From contig CANGWH010000004.1 of assembly GCA_947457565.1 (NCBI GenBank), positions 149 through 64,148 of the forward strand: DNA of 64,000 bases. The letters run 5' to 3'. This stretch comes from Flavobacteriales bacterium (GTDB taxonomy: Bacteria > Bacteroidota > Bacteroidia > NS11-12g > UBA955). The notes below the pieces were generated by a model, which was given only the letters and a program-made list of their open reading frames with translations, searched no databases and was not told the origin of the DNA. Positions 29,831-39,690 of this stretch are shown here, piece by piece. A program made the position numbers and the translations under genes. Each line of letters begins with the position of its first letter. The first letter of the stretch is position 1.

Positions 29831-32800
29831 ATGAAGCAGTTTATTGTATACTTCCTATTGCTTCTATGTCCGTATTTCACATCGGCTAAGATAATTTATG
29901 TAGACAAATCGTTGGGGTCAGATGCAAATTCGGGTTTGTCTAAAGTAAATATACCTGCGGGTTCTGGACCTATGGCAACAATTAAATTAGCTCTGTCCAA
30001 AGTAGGTATAAACGACACTCTATCCATAGCATCAGGTAATTATGATGAGTCCATCGTTTTAAAACAAGACTTATATGTAGTAATGGGTAATTTGGTGAGG
30101 TTAAAATCAATTTCGTTAAATGGAACCAAATCAATAACCAAACTGACCAATGGCAAATTGATAGTAACGGATTCTTTGGAGTTGAAAAATGGAGAATTAT
30201 TCGTTCAATCAAAGGCCACATTGGTGTTGGGATTAAATTGTTTGGTTTTGGGCGGATCCCAATCATCCTTTGTTAATGGAAATTTGCATCGAGCTATTGG
30301 TGGGGCATCCTCTTCGGCGGTATTATTCCCCCTTGGATTAACACATTCCTATAGACCGGTATCGATAAAATTGTTGGACAATATAGCTGGCACAGATACC
30401 GTTTGTGTGGGCTTGATTGACTCGAATATAGGTAACTTAAAAGTTGCAGGGATCAGGAATTTTAATCAGTTTTTCCATGGGCAAATTAGATTCTATAAAA
30501 CGGTAAATAATAGATTTTATCTAAAACAACATTTTGGTTCATACTTTTTAAATAACCAAGTGGTAGACACAGCGAATCTAAAATTATTGTATTATCCCGC
30601 AGGGGTAGCCCAGATTGGTGGTTATTGTGATTCATTTCTTGATGGCAATGGCAGTATTAATTATTTAGTGCGTGCTAGCAAATCATTTGTGAAATTTACA
30701 TTGAGCAATAAACGGGATGGAGCTAATGCTTTAGGAAATTCGGGGGTTTACGCCTTCTTTAAATTAAATAAAAAAGTATTTTGTAAGGGGGAGGAGGGTT
30801 ATCTTGAGAATATTTCGCTGATTAATGGAAGCTCCCAACTCAACTGCGTTTGGTATATCGATATTCCAAAAACCGGGAAGAGAAATAGTTTAGCTACAAC
30901 CAATGCTACTTACATATTCAAGGATACAGGAAATATTGAGATTTGGTTAATTGTAACGGATAGTTTAAATCGTGTAGATACCTTTAAGCAGATAGTTCGA
31001 GTGAAACCCGTAAGCGGGAAGTTAAATATTGATAATGTATGTCTTAATAAGGCAAGTACATTCAATATAATTGGTTTGAGTCCAAAAGATTATTCGGTTT
31101 CTTGGTATATAGACGAGGTTTTTTATAATTTTAAAGATACCTTGGTCTTCAGTAAATTAACAGAAAAATCCTACCAAGTAAGAGCAGCAATTCAATCTAC
31201 CATCGAAAATTGCGAATACTATCTCGATTCTTTTTTAGTAACGAGTATTGCTCCAACAATTAGTAAAATTCACATTGCCGATTCTTGCAACGTAAAAAAC
31301 AGCACCGTAACAGCCACGGTTATAACAAATTCTTTGGATAAATCAACCTTGTATGAGTGGTCATTAAATGGAAAAGTAATATCAAACAAATCAATGTTTA
31401 GATTTCCAAATGATTCCTTTACTAAACAGCAAATTAGGCTTTCCGTATCCAACGAGTTTGGTTGTTCTAGTATTTACGATACGTTTGTACTTCGAAATGC
31501 TATACGAATCGATTCAATAGGTGTTAACGTTGATTGCTCGCGAAACGAATTGAATTTGACAAATCATTTACGCATTACTGCTGGGGTAAATCACAGTACA
31601 CAGTGGTTAAACGGAGACAGTTTGCTTCCTAAAATAGGCGATAAAATAGTATTGTCTAGATCTAATCATATTGGTACATTGAAGGTGAAGTCCGTTAGCG
31701 ATAATGGTTGTATTGATAGTTCGAATCTAAATTTGTCGAAATATACCATTGCTGATGTAACTGCTAAAAACTTAAATAGTTCTCGCTGTGTAACAGATAC
31801 ATTAGTTTTTGAAGCGAAAAAACTTGAGGCCTTGGAGACTAAAGGCTATTTTGAGTACAACGGATCAACCTACTTGGTTAATCCATTGAGACTGCTAGAT
31901 CCAATTGCGGGTATTAAAAGAGTTGTTTGGAAATCCAACAGTTATGGTTGTAATGATTCCTTAGTTCAGATAATTAATAGTTCAGATATTCCGAGGCATG
32001 ATCTTTTATTATCGAATAATAAGTTGCAATTGTGTAATACCTCAGTGGAGACGCTAAAAATCACAAATTATAGTTTTACAGACACGGCTAATTACAATTA
32101 TGAAATTTTTAATGATAAGATTTATACCCAATCATTGAGTTATCCCGATTACACCTTTAACTATTTAGGCAAGCAGATTTTTTATTCAACAATTACCCAT
32201 AAAAAAAGTGCTTGTAAGTTTTCAGACACATTAACAATTAATGTTGTTTCTAAACCATCGTTATTAACTGTTTGGGACAATGAAGTATGTGATGGTGAAG
32301 ATATTAAAATCAATCTTTTCAAAGGTGCTAATGGAGGTTCTGGTACGTTAAATTGGGAGATATTGTTTGATGGGAAAAAATACAACGATAGTGCGGTGGT
32401 TCTATCCGGTTTAGCGCCCGGTAATTATAGCGCTAAATCAAAAGTTACAGACTCGTTAGGGTGTATAGACTCATTGAATTTTGTTTCAGTTGTTAAAAAA
32501 CTTCCAGATTATAGCTTCGGAATTATTGGGCAAATGCCAATTTGTCCTGGCGATTCTTTAGAAGTAGATTTAACCAGTGCCGATGGTGATGTTCAGTGGG
32601 ATCAATTTGGGTTAAATCCTGGTGTAGTCGTATTTAAATCATCAGGTAAATTTGCTTGGAATATTTTAGGAGCTAATGGATGTAATTACGGGGAAGATTT
32701 CTCGGTAATCGCTGATACCGCCTTCAAATTGAATGTAACTCAAGACACATCCATTATATCGGGTTCTCCTATTATAATTTCGGCATCAGGAGCCGCAAGT

Positions 32801-33205
32801 TATGTTTGGACACCTAAAAAATATGTTCGATCCTATCGAGGAAATTCTATGTTAGTAAAACCTACCAATGATATCATTTACAAGGTTCGTGGAATTTCTG
32901 ATGTAGGTTGTGAACTTACAGATAGTGTTAAAGTTTCAGTGCGACCTGCCCTAGCAATTGTGAAAATACCCAATGTTATAACAGCCAATAAGGATGGTTT
33001 GAATGATGTATGGGATTTGTCCGTTGTTAGAGATGTTGAAAGTTGTATTATTCGTATCTACGATTCAAATAATAAATTGGTTAAAGAACTTGAAAAATAT
33101 CAAAATAATTATGCATTCTCGGATGTTAAACCGGGGATGTATTTTTATACTATTTCTAGAAAATCAAATATTTTACACAAAGGAAGTCTGGAGGTATTTA
33201 AATAA
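29831..33205 (+). CDS. T9SS type-B CTD surface protein, diverged paralogue of 13204-16719
   Basis: IYVDKSLGSDANSG, GGSQSSFVNGNLH, FPLGLTHSYRP and GANALG all align with the 13204 protein. C-terminal IPNVITANKDGLNDVWDLS...GMYFY...GSLEVFK. Confidence 0.85.
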   Translation: MKQFIVYFLLLLCPYFTSAKIIYVDKSLGSDANSGLSKVNIPAGSGPMATIKLALSKVGINDTLSIASGNYDESIVLKQDLYVVMGNLVRLKSISLNGTKSITKLTNGKLIVTDSLELKNGELFVQSKATLVLGLNCLVLGGSQSSFVNGNLHRAIGGASSSAVLFPLGLTHSYRPVSIKLLDNIAGTDTVCVGLIDSNIGNLKVAGIRNFNQFFHGQIRFYKTVNNRFYLKQHFGSYFLNNQVVDTANLKLLYYPAGVAQIGGYCDSFLDGNGSINYLVRASKSFVKFTLSNKRDGANALGNSGVYAFFKLNKKVFCKGEEGYLENISLINGSSQLNCVWYIDIPKTGKRNSLATTNATYIFKDTGNIEIWLIVTDSLNRVDTFKQIVRVKPVSGKLNIDNVCLNKASTFNIIGLSPKDYSVSWYIDEVFYNFKDTLVFSKLTEKSYQVRAAIQSTIENCEYYLDSFLVTSIAPTISKIHIADSCNVKNSTVTATVITNSLDKSTLYEWSLNGKVISNKSMFRFPNDSFTKQQIRLSVSNEFGCSSIYDTFVLRNAIRIDSIGVNVDCSRNELNLTNHLRITAGVNHSTQWLNGDSLLPKIGDKIVLSRSNHIGTLKVKSVSDNGCIDSSNLNLSKYTIADVTAKNLNSSRCVTDTLVFEAKKLEALETKGYFEYNGSTYLVNPLRLLDPIAGIKRVVWKSNSYGCNDSLVQIINSSDIPRHDLLLSNNKLQLCNTSVETLKITNYSFTDTANYNYEIFNDKIYTQSLSYPDYTFNYLGKQIFYSTITHKKSACKFSDTLTINVVSKPSLLTVWDNEVCDGEDIKINLFKGANGGSGTLNWEILFDGKKYNDSAVVLSGLAPGNYSAKSKVTDSLGCIDSLNFVSVVKKLPDYSFGIIGQMPICPGDSLEVDLTSADGDVQWDQFGLNPGVVVFKSSGKFAWNILGANGCNYGEDFSVIADTAFKLNVTQDTSIISGSPIIISASGAASYVWTPKKYVRSYRGNSMLVKPTNDIIYKVRGISDVGCELTDSVKVSVRPALAIVKIPNVITANKDGLNDVWDLSVVRDVESCIIRIYDSNNKLVKELEKYQNNYAFSDVKPGMYFYTISRKSNILHKGSLEVFK

Positions 33206-34587
33206 TGAAGTATCGATTAATTTGGATTGTATCTTTCTTGCTTTTTCTGGAAGCTTCAGATGCTATTGGTCAGACACACCGAGGATTGTATAATGTAAAT
33301 GCATTCCCAGAACTGGAGAATGCGGCATTTAACAGTACAAAAAAGGCAGGATTAGTTACATTTTTTGGTAATATACCTAACAATGCATTAAGATCAGATT
33401 TCTATTGTTTTGGAGCGAATGCAATATTGCGTCAAAGAAAATCAGTAACCCTTGCAGCGAATTATAACTTTACAGGAGAACATCTGATGATGTTTAATAA
33501 TGCTAAGTTATCCTATTTATATCATCTAGATTTTACTGAGGACGTTAGTGCAGACTTTGGTTTAACCTTAGGGGCACTGAATCCAAGCATCAATATGGAC
33601 AAGGTAATCGCGATTGATGCGTTTGATCCCGCTTTAATCATGCTCTCTGAGCAGCAATTGTGGTATTTAGATGCTGGTCTTTCATCCGTGTTTACGTTGA
33701 AAAAAGCGCTAAAAATTGGATTCTCTTTGAATCGATTTCCTAGTACATCATTGGCAGTTAATGAAAATAGTTATTTACCGTTGCCTAGGAAATTAAATGC
33801 GTCTGTTAGATATGACTTTAATGAAGCCACATCCAATATCACGAAGGGCATGTCCTTGGGTGTTTGGTATAATCGATACGATTCTGTTTCAAGGTTTAAT
33901 GTATCTGTAAATAAACAATTAAGCGATCAAGTTATAGCGTCTATTGGCTATATTACCAATCCCAAAGTTTTTCACATAGGAGTTCAAATTCTATTAAATA
34001 ACAATAGACTTTGTTATAGCGCGGGGTTAAATCAACAATCTAAGTTGTTTGGAAACGGCACCGAAATTATTATGGCTGCTGATTTTAGCAAAAAGGCTGT
34101 TTCTCAAGATCAAGTTGTTAATCAAACAGAAGAAGGCACTGAATTTTTAACTGCAGATTCAGCTTCTATAACGGATTTTCCTGATAGACCTGAATATGTG
34201 TTTTTAACGGATACCGGTTCTACAGAAAAAGTTTCTGTTTATAGTCCTTTGCCTACTGATTTTATTGTAGAAATAGAGCGGTGGGACGATTTGAAAAAGA
34301 TCAGAATGGGACACGATACGGCCAAGATTATTTTGAAATCAGTAAAAGATGTGCCTTTCAAACCTGGTTTTTATTTAATGATTAAGATGTCACCATCTGA
34401 AAATGTAATCAATGATGAAATAAAGCGAATTTTTACCTTGGGAACTGTTTCTTACAAACTATATGATCCTAAAATGAAAGTTTTTTATCAATTTGTTGAT
34501 TGGACCATAGATGAGGTAGAGTCGTCTAAACAGCTGCAATATTTCGATAAAGAGTTTAAATATCTTTGGATTAAATCTTTCAAATAA
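33205..34587 (+). CDS. Diverged PorP/SprF family protein with C-terminal SPOR-like domain
   Basis: ENAAF, LSYLYHL, FGLTLG, YLDAGL, GNGTEI. The C-terminal DLKKIRMGHDTA...KPGFYL...YKLYDP...LWIKSFK parallels 16726-18072. Confidence 0.75.
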   Translation: MKYRLIWIVSFLLFLEASDAIGQTHRGLYNVNAFPELENAAFNSTKKAGLVTFFGNIPNNALRSDFYCFGANAILRQRKSVTLAANYNFTGEHLMMFNNAKLSYLYHLDFTEDVSADFGLTLGALNPSINMDKVIAIDAFDPALIMLSEQQLWYLDAGLSSVFTLKKALKIGFSLNRFPSTSLAVNENSYLPLPRKLNASVRYDFNEATSNITKGMSLGVWYNRYDSVSRFNVSVNKQLSDQVIASIGYITNPKVFHIGVQILLNNNRLCYSAGLNQQSKLFGNGTEIIMAADFSKKAVSQDQVVNQTEEGTEFLTADSASITDFPDRPEYVFLTDTGSTEKVSVYSPLPTDFIVEIERWDDLKKIRMGHDTAKIILKSVKDVPFKPGFYLMIKMSPSENVINDEIKRIFTLGTVSYKLYDPKMKVFYQFVDWTIDEVESSKQLQYFDKEFKYLWIKSFK

Positions 34588-34698
34588 TAGGATCAATAAT
34601 TTGATATTTAACGAATAATCTGCTTCCAGTTGTTTGTTTCTAGAAGTATATGGAGTGAATTCAACCAGGGTAGGCCTGTAGTTTTGAGAATATTGAGA

Positions 34699-35367
34699 TT
34701 AATGAGTAAAAGCGTAATGGATCAAATTACAGCCCATTTTTAGTGCTTTTTCACGGACGGAGGGATCATCGTTATAGGTTTCGGGATCTTCCCATCCATT
34801 ACCTAAGTCGCACTCGTAATCGTAAAAACAAATGAGTCGATTTTTCCAAAAGAGTCCATATCCGATTGGATTTTTACCATTGTGTTCATGAACTTTTGGT
34901 AATCCTGAAGCAAAGCTAAAGGGCTGTTGGTATATGGGATGGGAAAAAGGAACTACCGTAAATTCTAACTCGGGAAATACTTTTTTCATTTCCCTGCGTA
35001 TATAGGGGTCTATACCGTAATTATCGCAAATATGCAAAAATCCCCCACCCAAAAGATAGCTCCGTAAATTGGTCGATTCGGTTTCGTTGAATACCACATT
35101 ACCGTGACCTGTTAAGAAAATAAAAGGATAAAGAAATACATCATCAGACTGTAAGGATACAATGTTCTCTTGTGGATGAATATTGGTGTTATTGGAACTA
35201 TTGGAATATCGGATTAGGTTTTTTAGTGCTGATTTTGAACTGTACCAATCGCCACCGCCATTGTATTTTACTCGAGCAATTTGAATTCGTTGTGATGTGC
35301 TACTACACAACAAAATGAAAGAAAATAACAGCAAAAGGGGATAGGTTAATTTACTGTTTACTTTCAT
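34699..35367 (-). CDS. DUF4159 domain protein
   Basis: IARVKYNGGGDWY, YPFIFLTGHGNV, GGFLHICDNYG, LPKVHEHNG, DLGNGWED. Confidence 0.88.
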   Translation of the reverse strand: MKVNSKLTYPLLLLFSFILLCSSTSQRIQIARVKYNGGGDWYSSKSALKNLIRYSNSSNNTNIHPQENIVSLQSDDVFLYPFIFLTGHGNVVFNETESTNLRSYLLGGGFLHICDNYGIDPYIRREMKKVFPELEFTVVPFSHPIYQQPFSFASGLPKVHEHNGKNPIGYGLFWKNRLICFYDYECDLGNGWEDPETYNDDPSVREKALKMGCNLIHYAFTH

Positions 35368-35379
35368 GATTTGAAGGTA

Positions 35380-36147
35380 TTAGCTGTAGTACCAAATTAA
35401 AAATATTCCACCGATAGCTATTCGGTAATAGCCAAATAGTTTAAAACCAAATTTTTGAACGTACCCAACAAAGAATTTAACGGCGATAAGTGCTGTAATA
35501 AAACTAAACAGCGAACCCCATCCAATCTCGATTAGTTGGGATTGATTTAGATTGTCGATATCTTTTAATAGCTTATATCCTGCAGCAGCGGAAAGTGTTG
35601 GGAGCGCTAGTAAAAATGAAAATTCTGTAGCTGCTTTTCTGCTTAATTTGGAGTACAAACCACCCGCAATTCCGGAGGCACTTCTACTTACACCGGGCAA
35701 TAGGATGGCTAAACATTGAAACAGACCAACCCACAGTGCATCCTTGAAGGACAAATCATCAATCTGTTTTTCGCCTTCTGGGAATATTTTCTCAATAAAC
35801 AGCAAAACAACACCAAAAACAACCAGATTAATTCCTGCAATCCAGGGTGCTTTTAACAACTCATCCAAGATATCGTCAAACAACAATCCAAAAACAGCGG
35901 CGGGTAAGAAACTAATAAATAAAACGGGATATAAATGTTTGATGCCTGGCCCAGTAATTCGTTTCCAATAGAGGGAAAGTACACTTAGAATAGCCCCGAA
36001 TTGGATAGCGATAATAAAGGTGGCATTTTCGTCTGACTTCATCCCAAGCCATTCGCGGGTAAGCATAAGGTGTCCCGTAGAACTAACGGGTAAAAACTCA
36101 GTAATGCCCTCAACAACGCTGAGAATTACGTTTTCAAACCAGGTCAT
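35380..36147 (-). CDS. uppP: Undecaprenyl-diphosphate phosphatase UppP/BacA
   Basis: VEGITEFLPVSSTGH, IQFGAIL, PGVSRS, ATEFSFLLALP, FGYYRI. Confidence 0.96.
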   Translation of the reverse strand: MTWFENVILSVVEGITEFLPVSSTGHLMLTREWLGMKSDENATFIIAIQFGAILSVLSLYWKRITGPGIKHLYPVLFISFLPAAVFGLLFDDILDELLKAPWIAGINLVVFGVVLLFIEKIFPEGEKQIDDLSFKDALWVGLFQCLAILLPGVSRSASGIAGGLYSKLSRKAATEFSFLLALPTLSAAAGYKLLKDIDNLNQSQLIEIGWGSLFSFITALIAVKFFVGYVQKFGFKLFGYYRIAIGGIFLIWYYS

Positions 36148-36153
36148 GGTTGC

Positions 36154-36393
36154 TTATTTTTTGCGATAGAAAATCGCAACGATTCCTAATAAGAATCCGG
36201 TAATTACTACAATGGGAGCCAGCGTAATTCTTCTAAAATCATAAATATCACCTTCAGAACCGGCCATTAAATAAAAACCTATGATTACGATAGCCAATGA
36301 AAGGCCAATGAGATAGTAATTTTCTTTGTTGAAAAGAAATTGTTTTGGTTCTGTAGACTTAGTCTCCTTGGAAATTGTTTTCTTGCTACTCAT
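36154..36393 (-). CDS. DUF3098 family small membrane protein
   Basis: FLFNKENY, two TM helices, FRRITLAP; typical position between ftsX and uppP. Confidence 0.85.
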   Translation of the reverse strand: MSSKKTISKETKSTEPKQFLFNKENYYLIGLSLAIVIIGFYLMAGSEGDIYDFRRITLAPIVVITGFLLGIVAIFYRKK

Positions 36394-36403
36394 AATTCTG
36401 AAA

Positions 36404-37267
36404 TTAATAAAGATTTTCTATTTTGCTGTTTAAGTATTTAATGGTACTTAACCAACTCCCTATTACGGCCAAAATTACACCAAAAACTGATACACTGCCA
36501 CATATAATTATAAATTCTTCCGTACGGATGTGTTGGGTAAAGCTTCGGAGCATTTCTATGGGTAACAAATAAAAAATAACAAAGAGTAATCCTGAAGATA
36601 TAGGTATCGCAACTGCGGCATATCGAAGAAAGTTCAGGATATAGGGTTTAATGATAAACGCATTGGTAGCTCCAATGAATTGCATACTTTTTATCAGAAA
36701 GCGGTTCGCAAATATGCTCATTCGCGTTGCGCTTTGAATTAAAACAATGGCAATCAACAGTAAAATTATAGTAACTCCTCCGAAAGCATATTGCAACATT
36801 TTTACGTTATGAGTCATGCTTTCTACCCAATTTCGTTGAAAAACTACACTTTCAACTATTGGATTTTGACGAATTTCCTTGGCTTTTTTATCGATAAACT
36901 CGATGTTAGCGAAATTGGCCTTTGGAAATACTTCGATGCTCATTGGAAGTGAAACGGTTTCAGCATAAGAAAGAAATTCAGGGTCATATTTTTGTTGCAT
37001 TTCTTTGATTCCTTGCTCTGGACTAACATAATTGGTGGCCTTAACCCATTCTTGTTTACCAATGTTTAATTGCAGGGCAGATACTTGATCTCTGGAAATT
37101 GAATCTTTAAAGTAGATATCGATCGAGGAGGATTCCATCAAATGAACGCTCAACCCCTTGAAGCCAATAATGGTTACTGAAAGCAAACCCAACATGAACA
37201 TTACCGCGGCCAACGATAAAATACTGGGCCAAGCACTGGGCTTTCTTCGTTTGGGGGTAGAAGACAT
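36404..37267 (-). CDS. ftsX: Cell division permease FtsX
   Basis: TM1 plus periplasmic domain (LPMSIEV), RMSIFANRFLIKSMQFIGATNAFIIKPY, four TM helices; ftsX-DUF3098-uppP context. Confidence 0.85.
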   Translation of the reverse strand: MSSTPKRRKPSAWPSILSLAAVMFMLGLLSVTIIGFKGLSVHLMESSSIDIYFKDSISRDQVSALQLNIGKQEWVKATNYVSPEQGIKEMQQKYDPEFLSYAETVSLPMSIEVFPKANFANIEFIDKKAKEIRQNPIVESVVFQRNWVESMTHNVKMLQYAFGGVTIILLLIAIVLIQSATRMSIFANRFLIKSMQFIGATNAFIIKPYILNFLRYAAVAIPISSGLLFVIFYLLPIEMLRSFTQHIRTEEFIIICGSVSVFGVILAVIGSWLSTIKYLNSKIENLY

Positions 37268-37480
37268 TTTTACGGTATTATTAATTGTACAAAGGTCTAA
37301 AGTATGATTGGATTTTCTATTAATAGCAAACTGAAGTTATCCGCCAATGTACAACGATGTGCCCAATTATTTTTACAGGTAGTGGGTTGTTTTAACTTTT
37401 TAACGGAAATTATGGTTGAAAAACCCGTGAATATTGGTATTTTTCACATATAAATGACAAAATTGTTGATGAAAGTTCTG

Positions 37481-37488
37481 TATTTTTG
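37481..37488 (+). promoter_or_regulatory. -7 promoter element (TATTTTTG)
   Basis: TAnnTTTG upstream of TTG 37493 / ATG 37508. Confidence 0.5.
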
Positions 37489-37507
37489 AAAATTGGTAAA
37501 GTTCGCG

Positions 37508-39628
37508 ATGAAAAGAATACTGTTTTTTGTTTGGTTCGTACTAGTTGGAACATCGTTCCTTCAGGCTGCTGAACCCACCAAAGCCGCCTCTAATGCTTCG
37601 GCGGGGACAGTTACGTGCAATACTGCGCAAATTACATGGACCAATGGCGATGGGGGATGGAGGATTGTTGTTGTGAAAGAGGCGTCTGCGGTGAATGCTA
37701 ATCCGGTTGATGGCAATTCGTATTCTGCGTTTGCCAACTTTGGTACTGGTGCCCAATTAGGAACGGGAAACTTTGTCTGTTTTAATAATATTACTAACAA
37801 TGTAACATTAACCAATTTAAAGACCAACACTACTTATCATGTTGCCGTTTTTGAGCACGATGGGACAGGGCCTGATTATTTAACTTCCAATCCTGCTACC
37901 CTTTCCTTTACTACTAAAACCCTGTCGTTGGGATTTTCATATACCGTGGGAAAAGATAGTTGCGAGGGCAGTAATATGGTTACTTTTACCAATACTTCAA
38001 CGGCAAACTACGGAGGTATTAAATACACGTGGTTTTTTGGAGATGGTAAACAGGATACAGGTAAAAATGTTACCCATGTGTATAGCAAGGGGGGGAGTTT
38101 TCAAGTAACGATTACCGCTAATCCGGCGAATAATTGTATCGATAATTATGCTAATCCAAAGCAAGTATTTATTGTCCCAAAACCCGTAGCTATTCCGTTT
38201 GAAAAGACGAACGATACCATTCAGTGTTTTGAAGGGCACACGTTTCGTTTAGACGATAAAACAACGTTGGCTAAAATACCTAAATGTGCTTACATCCGTA
38301 CTTGGTACTTTACAGCAAGCGATAGTGCTACTATACCTAATCCTGTAAAAGTATTCACCAAAGCAGGTAAGTACCGTGTTTTCTACAAAGCAGAAACACT
38401 GTACGATAACAATAGAACGGGGTGCATCGATACAACATCCATGGTATTGGAAGTGGTGCCAAGTCCATCCAGTGGGGTATCCATTAACGATAGTATCCAG
38501 TGTTTGAATGGGAATAATTTCGTTTTTGATAACAAATTTCCTGGTTTAGTAACGTTTTCTTGGGATTTTGGTGGTGGAAATGTGGTGGCTACGAAATCAG
38601 CTTCCAAATCGTATTCTGCCGTGGGGGTTTATCCAATTGTACACGAAGCATTTTCAAGCATCGGCTGTAACAGTAAGGATACTGTATTTGTTGTAGTTAA
38701 AGCCAACGTGAATCCAACATTTACTGGATTGCCAGCAAAAGTTTGTCAGGGTTCACCGGCAATCACTTTAACGCCTACCAATCCAAATGGTAAGTTTTTT
38801 GGGGCGAACTTTGGCGGAACCAATACCTTTCTGCCTACTGGAATTGGGAATATTAAGATTAAATACGTAGTTAACGATTCATTTTGCCCTGATTCATCGG
38901 AGCAAACAATAAATATTTCTGCAGCACCTAAATTGAATTTAGGGAGAGACACTACTTTGTGTGACGGGAATACCATGGATATTACCATCACTAACCCAGG
39001 TAACGTAACGTGGTTTGATGGCAACACGAGCAGAAGCAGAACATTCTTCGCGGCCTCAACCTACTGGGCCGAAGTAGATGATAATGGTTGCAAAGCCAGT
39101 GATACAATTAAAATTTTTGAGGACGTCGCTCCTCAAGTAACCCTGCCCGCCGATACGTTATTGTGCGCAGGGGCTCTTTTGAAATTGTCGGTTCCACCGT
39201 TTAGCGGAAATATTATTTGGAGTAATGGTAGTAAGGATACGGCGATTTATGTGAGTTCTGCGGGGCTTTATCGTGTTACCCTAACCAATAAATGTGGTAC
39301 AGCCACCGATGAGATTTACATTAATGTGACCTCGGGTTTCTGTGATGTGTTCTTGCCCAATGCATTTACACCCAATGGGGACGGGAGAAATGATTTCTTT
39401 GAGATTACGGGTAAAGGTTTAATTCCCACTTGGTTAGTTATATACAATCGTTGGGGTGAAATTATTTACGATTCACATACCACAGGATTGCATAATCGCT
39501 GGGATGGTCGCTACGAAGGAGAATTAGTTCCAGAAGGATTGTATACCTATTTGTTCCGTTACGAAAACAGAACTGGTAATCGCATTCGGAGAAATACCAT
39601 TAAAGAAGCAGTTATGGTTTTGCGATAA
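37508..39628 (+). CDS. T9SS type-B CTD protein with FN3-like and PKD domains (ORF track start TTG 37493)
   Basis: Signal peptide MKRILFFVWFVLVGTSFLQA, FN3-like TWTNGDG...TTYHVAVFE, PKD WFFGDG/WDFGGG, CTD LPNAFTPNGDGRNDFF...YNRWGE...WDG...GLYTY. Confidence 0.88.
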   Translation: MKRILFFVWFVLVGTSFLQAAEPTKAASNASAGTVTCNTAQITWTNGDGGWRIVVVKEASAVNANPVDGNSYSAFANFGTGAQLGTGNFVCFNNITNNVTLTNLKTNTTYHVAVFEHDGTGPDYLTSNPATLSFTTKTLSLGFSYTVGKDSCEGSNMVTFTNTSTANYGGIKYTWFFGDGKQDTGKNVTHVYSKGGSFQVTITANPANNCIDNYANPKQVFIVPKPVAIPFEKTNDTIQCFEGHTFRLDDKTTLAKIPKCAYIRTWYFTASDSATIPNPVKVFTKAGKYRVFYKAETLYDNNRTGCIDTTSMVLEVVPSPSSGVSINDSIQCLNGNNFVFDNKFPGLVTFSWDFGGGNVVATKSASKSYSAVGVYPIVHEAFSSIGCNSKDTVFVVVKANVNPTFTGLPAKVCQGSPAITLTPTNPNGKFFGANFGGTNTFLPTGIGNIKIKYVVNDSFCPDSSEQTINISAAPKLNLGRDTTLCDGNTMDITITNPGNVTWFDGNTSRSRTFFAASTYWAEVDDNGCKASDTIKIFEDVAPQVTLPADTLLCAGALLKLSVPPFSGNIIWSNGSKDTAIYVSSAGLYRVTLTNKCGTATDEIYINVTSGFCDVFLPNAFTPNGDGRNDFFEITGKGLIPTWLVIYNRWGEIIYDSHTTGLHNRWDGRYEGELVPEGLYTYLFRYENRTGNRIRRNTIKEAVMVLR

Positions 39629-39675
39629 TTCGCAATTGAGAATAACTTGTGCTTTCCCACATCAAATTTTGATTC

Positions 39676-39683
39676 TAATTTTG
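39676..39683 (+). promoter_or_regulatory. -7 promoter element (TAATTTTG) for purL
   Basis: TAnnTTTG 7 nt before ATG 39691. Confidence 0.5.
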
Positions 39684-39690
39684 CGGCAGC

